NCBI GenBank assembly: GCA_943704415.1
Contig: CALSCO010000849.1
Coordinates: 1 to 32,387 of the forward strand
Source: Parvularia atlantis
Taxonomy: Eukaryota
Reading direction: 5' to 3'
Length of the DNA: 32,387 bases
A model generated the notes under the pieces. It saw only the letters and a list, made by a program, of their open reading frames with translations, was not told where the DNA came from and made no database searches. Shown here in pieces: positions 20,695 to 30,935 of the stretch (the first letter of the stretch is position 1; each line of letters starts with the position of its first letter). The position numbers and the translations under genes were made by a program.

Positions 20695-23687
20695 TCACGC
20701 AGACGGCTCGCTGACTAGCGTCTGGACGTCCACGCGCAGCTGCTGCACGACCAGCGGGCCCTGCGCGCTGATCACGCCCACGAGCGCCTGCAGCTGCTCG
20801 GGCGCCGCCATCCACTCGTGCATCGCGCAGTAGCGCGCCACGGCCTCCTCCATTGCGAAGCTCAGGTTGAGCTTGAGCACGCCCTCGAACGTGCGGTCGA
20901 TCGCGTGCTGCAACTACGAGCGTCCGCGCGTTTGTGAGCGCGGCTTGTGCGCGTTCGGCGCGCGCCCTCGTGCCTGCAGCCCCACGCGGTGCAGGTACTC
21001 GGCCAGCGCCGGCTGCAGCAGCTCGAGCAGGTCCATGCGCCAGGCGTCGACGTCGCGCGAGTCGCCCACGCGCAGCACGGCGCTGATACGCTGCACGAGC
21101 TCGTCGGCCTCACGCCGGCAGTTTTGGCGCATTGCCTGGCGCATGAGGCGGAAGTGCTTGCGGTGCTGCTCAAGTTGACACGAGCGTGCGTGAGTGCACG
21201 GCACCATGAGCGGTAGCGCACGCACGCAGGTCGTCGCCGTCGCGTGCATAAACTCGGTCAGCTGGTAGTAGCGGCTGCTCATGAGCAGCTCGACGCGCTC
21301 GGCGTCGGCGTCGTCCAGCATTGCGACGGGCCGCAGCGCCACGAGCGGCTTGATGAGGTACTCGACCAGGTCGGGCGCTTCGATCGACGCTGAGAGGGTC
21401 GTCAGCCGCTCGAACGACTGCATCGAGCTCGTCAGGCTGCGCGACGACGACAGGCACAGCGACAGGTCGTGCAGCAGCCACGACGCAACCAGGACGACCT
21501 GTTTGTTCGCACACGCTGTCAGTGTCTGCGGGTGCACGGCTCTGGCGAGCGCACCGAGTCAAAGACGGGCATCAGGAAACCCTCCAAGGCGTGCGCGCTC
21601 TTGTCGTCCACGAGCGCCCGCAGCTGCTCCGCCGTGCTGCCGCGCAGACTCGCCTCGATCGCCTGCGCCGCCGGCAGCAGCGCGTGGTGCAGCGCCGGCA
21701 CGATCGCGTTCTGCTCAAACAGCTGCCGCAGCACGAGCCCGTAGACACGCTCGAGCGCCTCGAGGACGCTGTCGCGGTACTGCGGCCGGAGCAAGTGCTG
21801 GTAGCCGTCGCGCAGCGCGTCGATGACTGGCGGCTCGAGCTCGTTCGCGTCAAGCCAGCACAGCTGCACACACGCGTGTGAGCAGACGGGCACCGCGTGC
21901 AGTCAGAGAGCGCACACCTCGTTCTCGATGAAGAGCAACGGCACGAGCGTCTCGTCGTGCACGCGCTGCGCGTGGCGGCGCACGGCCAGGCTCATCTGCA
22001 GCGCGCACAGCCGCGCGATGGTCGAGGCGAGCTCACTGGGCGCAGGTCGTCAGCCTCTGTCGTGCTTCAGCCGGCAGCACGCACTCGCAGCACGCCGCCG
22101 ACGTGAGCGAGTCGCTGTCGACGATCGCGGCGACGTTGCTGTAGCCGAAGAGCGTTGACGCGCGCATCTCGAATGGCTCGGCGGCCGACGCCGACGGCGC
22201 GAGCGCGACCTTGATCAGCACGGTCTGCGCCGAGGCCTGGTGCACGACGGCCAGCGGCAGCTCGTTCTGGCGCCAGAAGAGCGCGTCAAAGAAGCCGAGC
22301 GCACCGAGCCACTGCGTCCGCGTCGCGTCGACCGCGCCGTTCGAGCGCGAGACTCCGCCCGCGTCGCTGCGCACAAACACAAGTGCGTCGACGTTCTGCG
22401 GGCGCGTGGCGTGGGGTGCCGTCAGACGTGCAGACGGGACAAAGGCGGCGCACGTGGAAGAGTAGCTCGTTCGTGCTGAGCAGCAGGCGCGGCGTGGCCG
22501 GGTGCGACCCGCCGAAGCACACGAGCTCGACCGAGTCGTGCAGGATCGCGGCAGGCACTGCACGCACGCAGCGTGGTGAGCGACAATGGGCCGTGCAGGT
22601 GGGCGCACCCTCGACGCGGACGGCATCGACCAGCGACCACGACGACCAGCTGCCGACCGCGACCTTGACGAGGAAGCTGCGGATCTGCGCGAGAGCGTCA
22701 GCGATGTGCCCAAGGCGAGAGAGCGAGTGCACACCGCCTCGAGCCGCGCGGCGTAGGTGCCGCCGGTGAAGATGGTCGTGCGCACGGCGTACGAGTCGTG
22801 GCTGAAGAGCGAGAGGTAGCGGTGCGGCAGGCGCAGGCGCGCGGGCTCGGCGGCGAGCGCGCTGAGCTCGGCGTCGATCGGGAGGCCGCACGCGACCAGC
22901 GCGAGCTCGATCCGCTCGCGGTCGACCACGGCGTCGCCGGGCTTGCTGTGCGCGGTGGCGGCGACGGCCTCGCGCAGGTGCCGTAGCGCCGCCGCGACCT
23001 GCCGCGCCGTCAGCGGTCGATGGCGACGTCAGGAAGGACGCACCTCGCGGAACGGCTTGTAGCGCACGGTCACGCGGCAGCACACGTTGAACGAGACGTG
23101 CACGGGCAGGCACACGCCGTGCGCGGCCAGCAGCGGCCCGGTCGAGCCGGCCGCGGCCAGATCGGCGAAGATCGCGGCGTCGCCTGCATCAGGCTGCTCG
23201 GCGCGGCGCGCGGCGTCGAGCGCGGCCGTCTGCGACGTCGTGCTGCCGTCAAAGTACGCCTCGAGGTCGGCGTCGGCCGGCTCGGCCGCGCGCGGTTCGT
23301 CGTCGAGCGGGCAGAAAGAGACCGTGTCGCGCACGTCGGCCTGGCCCTCACCGTCGGCGATGGGATGTGCGCGCTGCAGCAGCGCGTTGACCACCGCGCC
23401 CGTGTCGCGCGCCGTCCAGCCGGCGACGCCCAGCCGCGTGCGTGCCACGACCGTCACGAGCCGCTCGAGATGGCCCTCGGCGCCCTGCACGACCTCGTCC
23501 AGCCGCGCCGCCAACGTCGCCGCTACCCGTGCACGAAACGTCGCGTTTCAGTGCGCGGGCGTGGGGTAACGCGTGGCCCACGGGACGCACCGCCGAGGCG
23601 CGTGGCCGTCGCCGCGAGGGCCGATGCGCGCGCGTGCAGTGTCTCGACGGCCGTGTGCAGGCGCGTGGCCGATGCGCTCGTCGGCAT
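20695..23687 (-). CDS. Large protein resembling dynamin-like / SLIP-GC (NUGGC) GTPases with degenerate G motifs and a helical C-terminus; about 10 introns
   Basis: The exons splice in frame. RTRLGVAGWTARDTGAVVNALL sits at the G1 position and WSLVDAVRVEVPAAILHDSVELVCFGG at the G3 position. An alternative start exists at 23714. The gene model is well supported; the family call is inference. Confidence 0.6.
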
Positions 23688-23750
23688 TGATAGGTTGATG
23701 CGCGCGCGAGACATACAAAGACAGCTCCCTCAGGCCCCCCCACCTCAGGC

Positions 23751-25359
23751 TCACGCCTGCACCTCCTCGAAGGACAGGTCGATAAAGTAGACGTAGGTGC
23801 CGTCCAGCGACACCTGTCCGCGCAGCCACGACCAGTTGGGGCAGAGCTCGGTCGGGTTGGTGTAGCTGTGCGCGCGGCCCGCGGGTCAGCGCACGCCGAA
23901 CGCGCGCACTGTGTACGCACTTGGCCACGACGTAGCGGTGCTTACCCACTCGCGTGATCGAGGGGAAGGCCGTGTCGCCGCAGCCCGGCAGTGTCGTGAT
24001 GAACTCGAGCGTCTTGGTCTGCTGGTTGATGCGCCAGAGGCCCGTGCCGTGCTTGCGCAGCGAGTAAGTGGCGAGGTTGATCGCGCGCTGCTGGTTGAAC
24101 GTGAGCTCGGTGTAGCCCTGCCCTTATCGTGTGAGGTGCGAGCAAGACGAGGCGAGGCGCAGACTCACCCGGTCGTACGGGCCGTCCGGGTCCGTACGCG
24201 CGATCAAGAAGATTTCGTTGCCGTGGCGCAGCAGCTTGGGCGACTCGTAGATGTCGAGGAAGGTGCGGTTGGGCGAGGGGAAGAACTGCCACGTGCCCCA
24301 GTCGTCGCGCGGCGCAAAGATGAGGAACGAGCCGAAGCCGTTGCTGTCGCCGTCCTCGTTGCGCGTGATCGCCCAAAAGTTGCCGTCGATGTCGACTGTG
24401 AAGCCGACCTCGCTCGCGCCGCCGCGGTAGACCCACTCGGTGTCGTTGGGTGCGCCGCGCGGTGACAGCGGCTGCCACGTGAGGCCGTTGTCGCGCGAGA
24501 CGTTGACGTGCACAAAGACGTTGGGCGGGTTGACCGGGTCGTAGTGGTTGCCTGCGCGCGCCCGGTCAGGCACGGCACCCAGGCCGCAGCCGCGAGGCAC
24601 GCGCCGTGGTACGACGTTAGCAGGCCGATGCCGTCGTGGAAGGCGACGTCCCACATGACCTCCTCGGGCCGGCCCCACACCTCGAGCGCCGTCCACACGC
24701 CCTCGCCCTGACGGCGTGTGCGCCACAGGCGCTGCGGCTCGAAGCCAAACGGATTCGTTCCGGCCTCGAAGAAGGTGAACACGAGCTGGCCGTCTGCGGC
24801 ACGCGCGAGTCAGCGCTGATCGAGCGAGCGAGCTGTTGGCGCATACTGGCGACGTGGAAGTTGGGCTCGCGCACGTCCGCGCCCAGCGCAAACGAGGCCT
24901 CGGGCGTCCACATCGTGCCGGGCGGGGCGTCGAGTGGGACGGAGGCGACGTGCATCACGGCCTTGGCCGAGGCAAAGTGCGAGCGCGACCTGTTTGTTTT
25001 GCGTCAGCGATGTGTGGCACGGCGGGGCGAGCGGACGCACGCACGTGCGCCAGCCGAAGAACAGGCGGTCGCCATGCGCAAAGATGCCGCAGTTGTTGTT
25101 GCTGTCCTGCAGCGGCAGCTCGGGCGGGATCTGCGCGCTCGGCGCGACGATGCGTGGCTCACCGATCACGGGCGCGTACTGGACGCCTGTCCACCGACCG
25201 CATCAGCTCTCTGCGCCGCGCATCGCATCCGGCCAGCGCACCTGACGCGGCGATCTCGCGGTCCCACGCCATCGCTGGGTCCGTCTGCGCCGCGGCGCCG
25301 CGCGCGACCAGCGCGAGCGCGACCAGCACGACTGATGCGTGTATGATCACGCGGTGCAT
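23751..25359 (-). CDS. Secreted Asp-box (BNR) beta-propeller protein, sialidase-like fold; about 6 introns
   Basis: Signal peptide (MHRVIIHASVVLVALALVARGAAA), SNNNCGI, DVREP, Asp-box SRDNGLTW, GGASEVGF, TRNEDGD, YESPKL, LPGCGDTAFPS. Confidence 0.75.
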
Positions 25360-25385
25360 CACAGTTAGATCGTGAAGTGCAAAGG

Positions 25386-28300
25386 ATGATCATAGCGATC
25401 GTGCTCGATACGAGCGCGTCGATGGCGCGGCGGTTCAGCCAGGGCCTGAGCGCACTGGACGCGGCCAAGGCGGCGACCGAGTACCTGATCAAGACGCGCG
25501 GGCGCGGGCAGGCGCGCGGCGCGGCCGGGGCCGGGGCGCGCGACAACTTCTTCATTGTCACGTTCAGCGCGACCGAGCCCGTCGTCGTGCGTTCGATCGT
25601 TGAGCAACGCCATCGGGGTGGCTGACGGGCGGCGGACGCAGGTGTCGTGGCGGCACAGTACGATGGAGGCCGTCGAGCGGCTCAAGTACATCGACGTGGA
25701 CGGGCTGTCGTCGCCCGGCGTGCCCCTCGCGGCCGCCCTCGACCTCGTCAACCACCATCGGATGAAGAGCGGCATCGACAACGTCGCGATGGTCGCCCGC
25801 TTGTCCTTCTCGCGCGCGAGGCTGATGCGAACGAGCGCAGGGCCGCCTGCCGACGTCGTTCGACCCGGCGCTGATCATCACGTTCACGGACGGCGGGCCC
25901 GTCACCACGCCCGACAGCGTCCTCTCGCAGGCATGCGCGCGCCTGACGGCGGAGACTTGTGCTCATGTGCGCTTGCAGCTCATCCTGCCCGCGTCCGCGC
26001 TGCCCGGGCGTGAGCTCTACGTCGAGCCGTTCCGGTGGGACCAGCGCATCTTCAACATCGTGTTGGCGGTGCGCGTGCGCGCGTGCATGTGCGGGTAACG
26101 CTGACGCAGCCTGCGCAGCCGCCGACCAGCCGCGCCGAGGCCGTCCTGGCCGCGTGCCCGCTGACGCCGATGGTCGACGTGACGGGCGGTGCGCGGTGCC
26201 GGCTCGCAGCCTGCGTCATCGGCTAAGCGGCGCGCACAGGGCGGTCGCTCGTGGCGACGTCGATGAAGGCGCTCATGTACTGCATGGACTCGCTGCTCGG
26301 CAACGTCAAGGGCGCGACGCCCGCGGCGCCACCCGCGACCGGGCCGATGCTGCAGACGGGCGTCGTGGTCGACTGGGAGGAGGCGTGCGTGGTCGACGAC
26401 GGCCGCGGTGCGCGGACGCGGGTGGCAGGTGTTGCAGCGTTGACAAGGTGGCACTGCGCAGGCGGCAGGACCGTCCAGCTCAACGGGCCGGCCGGGCCGC
26501 TGTCGTCGCCCAAGCGCCTCATCTACATTAACAAGAGCGGGCCCAAGTGCGCCTGGCCGATCCCTGAGGCGTTCAACGTCGACGCGCAGATGACGCAGCT
26601 GGTGCGACACCGCGCTCTGAACGGGCGCGGCTGATGTGTGGGCGCGCGGCGCAGCCCAAGCGCACGGCGCACCCGGTCGTCACGTTTGTGCCGATCGACC
26701 TCGCGCCGGTGCTGCTTGAGGCGTTTCCGTTCGACAAGTACGAGCTCGAGTCGTGCCCGATGACCGCGGCGCTGCTCGCGCGCCCGCTCGGCTGCTGGCA
26801 CGTGTTTGTGCGCAACAGGTTTTGGCGGCGCAAGTGCGGTGTGCAGCTGCTGACGTGCGCGCGCGCGCGCGATCGCAGCCTCGGCGACGGCACGCTCGGG
26901 CGCGCGTTTGGCTATCTCAAGGCCAACACGTCCAAGACGGCCGTGAATCTCTTCGTGATGCCGTACAACTTTCCCGAGCTGCTCGACCTGCTGCGTGCGT
27001 TGCTCGCGCGGATCGGGGCGTGGGCTCATGCGTGCGCGCGCAGAGCACGTGGCCAAGGACCAGAGTGCGTCCGTGTCGCGCTACCGCGAGCGCTTCCAGG
27101 CGTACCTGCTGTCGGTGCCACTGTACTACCACCAAGTGCGCTCTGCGGCGTGTGCATGGCGTGCGCGCTCAGCAGGAGCCACGCAGTACATCAAGGCGGG
27201 CTTCAAGCGCGCGTCGCTCGTCCAGCTCTACACGATGGAGCTCCCGGCCGAGACCGCGCTGCTGTCGCCGGCCGTGCTGGCCATGCTGCGCAAGCACAAG
27301 AACACGGTGTGTGGTGCGGGTAGGTGCGAGTGCACGCTGAGCAGATCGCACGCAGCACCGCATCGACTTTGACAGGGCCGCGTACCGGATCTACCGCGGC
27401 GAGGCCGAGGGCGACCTTGACACGTTGCGTGCCGTCCCGCGCGCGGGCTGCTCGCTGCTCACGGCTGGCGGCAGGATCGAGCGTGACGCGGCATCCGACA
27501 GCCAGGCATCTGACGCGCCGCTCCAGCCGTCGCGCAAGCGCGTGCCGCTGTCGGCGGCCGTGCACGCGCCCGTGGACGTAGACCGGCGCTACCTGCTCGA
27601 CGCAGTCACGTCGATGCGCCAGCTGCTGACGGACGGCGCTGCGTCGTCGCGGTGGCTGCACCAGTCGCCGTTTGCGATGGACGACGGTTCGTGCGTTCGT
27701 CTGCGTGCGTCGTGCGCTCACCGCGCGCGCCGCACAGACAAGTTCAGCGTGCCGATCAGCGCAATGGGCGACTTTCTCGCGGTCATGCGGCGGCAGGAAG
27801 AGGTGCGCGGCCCCTAACTTCATGTCGTGGGCACTCTGCTGACGGGCAACGACAGTTGCGCGACGCGCTCGCCTTTGACGGGCCGCAGCACCGCAAGCCC
27901 TTCTTCGGCAACCCGTTCCGCAGCGAGAAGCGCATGATGGTCGACGAGGCAGACGAGGCCGGCGCCGGGTCGGTCATGCCGCAGCAGGGCGCGCCGCTAC
28001 CCCGCAAGCGCGCCCGCCACGCCCTGCGCAGCGGCGGCACGTCGCCCTCGTCCTCGCCCGCCCAGTCGCCCTCGCCGTCGCCCTCGAGCTCGCCCGTGCT
28101 TGCACCAGTGCCGGGCGCGCCCGAGACCATCGGCTTCAGCTTTGGCATGGACCTGGCGCTGCTGGACGCGATGGACGCGGTCAACATCGATCTCGGCACG
28201 GCGGCCAGCGAGCCAATGCTCTTTGCCGAGGAGGAGGCAGCGTCCGTCGCGGAAGAGATGGTCGAGGAGTCGCCTGCTGCGTCCGTTCCCAACACGGATG

Positions 28301-28607
28301 CGCCGAGCGAGTCTGAGGGCGAGGCCGAGGCGCCCGACGACGCGCTCGTGCAGCTCGCCTGCGCCTTTGCGCGCCGCCTCATTCGCACGCCCGGGCGACG
28401 TGCGTTGCGCGTGGGGCTGCGTGCGCCGCACGTTGACGCGATTGCGCAGCCGCGTCCGCGATCATGGCCAGGCTGCGCGACCTCGCCCTGCCGCCGCGCG
28501 GATCGCCCGCGCGCAGCCCCGCGACCTCGGCCGCCCTCGACGCGCTCGTGGCCGAGGCGCGGCGGTTCAAGCGGCGTTCTCTCGCGCAGCAGCTGGTCGA
28601 CGCATGA
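25386..28607 (+). CDS. INTS6: Integrator complex subunit 6 (vWA domain + INTS6 C-terminal domain); many introns
   Basis: LDTSASMARR, LDAAKAATE, SGIDNVAMGR, PALIITFTDG, LPGRELYVEPFRWDQRIF, WPIPEAF, FPFDKYELESCP, FGYLKA, VNLFVMPYNFPELL, FSVPISAMGDF, FGNPF, IRTPGR, EARRFKRRSL. Confidence 0.95.
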
Positions 28608-28654
28608 GCGGGACCCGAAATGTACAGTAGACATTGTGCAACACATACAAGCGT

Positions 28655-30124
28655 ATGGCGTACAACCTCACGGTGCGCGCCACGTGGCGCGGCGCGTCGA
28701 TCTGGTGGCTTGACGGCGGGCGGGCGCGCGCGCACAGAGCGAGCTGCCGGAGGACGAGCAGCACCCGCCCGACATCGGCTTCGAGTGCGAGGTGCTCGAG
28801 GCCACGTTCCACCCGCACGAGCAGGTGCTCGCGGCCGGGCTGATCACGGGCCGCGTCGAGATGTGCGTTGTGGATGCGCTGCTGGCGGATGCGGCTGACG
28901 GCGCGAGGGCGCAGCTACAAGTACTCGGACGAGGGCAATCTGCGCGTGGCCGAGCTCGCGCACCACCAAAAGTCGTGCCGCGCCCTCGCCTTTTCGGACG
29001 ACGGCACCTGTGCGCGCTTTTGCTGCGCGCTGTGCACTTGCTGACGCCGCACGCCGCACACGCAGTGCTGTTCACGGGCTCGAGCGACAAGAGCCTGCAG
29101 GCCGTCAACGTGCACACGGGCGCGATCGTCTACCGCGAGCGCAAGGCGCACGGGTGCGTCCGCAATGCGATTGTTGACCCTGCTGACCGCGCGGGCGGCA
29201 GCGAGGCGATCAACGTGCTCGCGCGGCTCAACGAGGCGGTGCTGGCCACGGGCGACGACGACGGCACAATCAAGGTGCACGTGCGGCCACACACGCACAC
29301 AGACTCACCTCCGCTGCACAAACACAGCTGTGGGACTTGAGACGGCAGGGCTGCGTGCGCACGTACGACGACGCCCACGCCGACTTTGTGTCAGACATGG
29401 CTTACGCCGCGGGCGACCACACCCTCCTCGTCACCAGCGGCGACGGCACCCTCGGCGTCTACGATATCCGCAAGAACGAGCCCCTCGCTGTCTCGGAGCA
29501 GCTCGAAGACGAGCTCCTCTCGATCGCGCTCATGAAGGTGTGCACTTGGCCCTGCGCACGCCTCCTCACCAGCTCTGGCCTGCACGCAGAACAACAGCAA
29601 GGTCATCTGCGGCTCGCAGGAGGGCGCGCTCAACATCTTCTCCTGGGGCGAGTGGGACGACATCTCCGACCGATTCCCCGGTCACCCGTCCTCCGTAGAC
29701 TCGCTCGTGCCCATCAGCGACGAGATCCTCCTCACCGGCTCGAGCGACGGCCTCATCCGCGTCCTCACCGTCTTTCCGAACGAGTTTGTCGGCGTCGTCG
29801 GCGAGCACGCCGACTTTCCCATCGAGCGCATACGCCTCTCGCCCTCCGGACGCTACCTCGTCTCGTGCTCGCACGACAACACGGTGCGCGCGCGCTAGGG
29901 GCGGGTTGGCGATGTAAGGCTGAGCGGCGACGCGGCAGGTCAAGTTCTGGAACGTGCAATACCTCTACGACGAGGACGGGGACGAGGAGGAGGGAGAGGA
30001 AGAAGGGATGGATGTCGACCGACCGGGCGAGCCCGACGAGCCCGAGCCTACGAGCAGGCGCGGGCGGCCAAAGCGGAAAGAAAAGGCAGAGGGCGCGGCA
30101 GGGGACTTTTTCAAGGACTTGTAA
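28655..30124 (+). CDS. WDR55: WD40 protein WDR55/JIP5 (ribosome biogenesis); about 7 introns
   Basis: FHPHEQVLAAGLITG, HQKSCRAL, ATGDDDGTIKLWDLR, TSGDGTL, SEQLEDELLS, FSWGEWDDISDRFPGHP, VVGEHADFPIE, SCSHD, acidic tail ending DFFKDL*. Confidence 0.94.
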
Positions 30125-30543
30125 GAGTGGGCATGAATGCGGGGTGACAAACAGGTGAGCGACAAAAGGAGCTGGCAAGGGAGCACGAACAGATTCAAGT
30201 TGAGGAACTGAAGAACGAGACGGGGTCAGTGAAGGGCGGCGTGCTCGGGGCACATGAAGACGATGACGCCGCCGGTGAGGACGACACGTTTGAGCACGCC
30301 GTCTGCTTGGCATCCGTCATGTGCTCGCGGAACATGTCGTCCGTTAGATCCAGGTTGGTAAGGAATCTGTGTGGAACAAGTCGTGAGCAAGCAGCTGCCA
30401 CAGCCCATGTCGAGCATACCTGGTGGCAAAATGTGTGCAGTTCAGGCATACGCTTCCGTATGTCGTCGACCTGGTTCAAAAGCCTGTTCCGCAATGCTGG
30501 AAACCTTGACGATACATGTACTTGTAGATCAGCGGGACCCGCG

Positions 30544-30575
30544 TTTGCGCGCCAAATTTCGTTTTTCGCGCCAAA
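30544..30575. promoter_or_regulatory. Tandem E2F-type elements upstream of MSH6
   Basis: TTTGCGCGCCAAA (30544-30556) and TTTCGCGCCAAA (30564-30575), within about 45 nt of the ATG. Confidence 0.6.
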
Positions 30576-30586
30576 AAAGACCCGCG

Positions 30587-30878
30587 ATGGCGCCAACGTC
30601 GAGCCCCGGCGGTGGCGCGTCGGCCGCCGCTGCGGGTGCGGCGCCGCGCCAGGCGAGCCTGCTCACCTTCTTCAAGCGCAAGCTCGAGACGGACGCCGTG
30701 CCCACGCCGGCCGCGCCCGTCGTCGCGCCACTGACGCCGCCGCCGTCGGTGACCAAGCCGCCCGTCGACGAGCCGCGCGCCACCGACAGCACGCCGTCGA
30801 GCAGCAGCAGCCCGCGCGCGACGGGCACGGCCGACGCCCGTCCGACCAAGAAGCTGCGGCGGCGCATCCTGCACAGCG

Positions 30879-30935
<57 letters not shown>

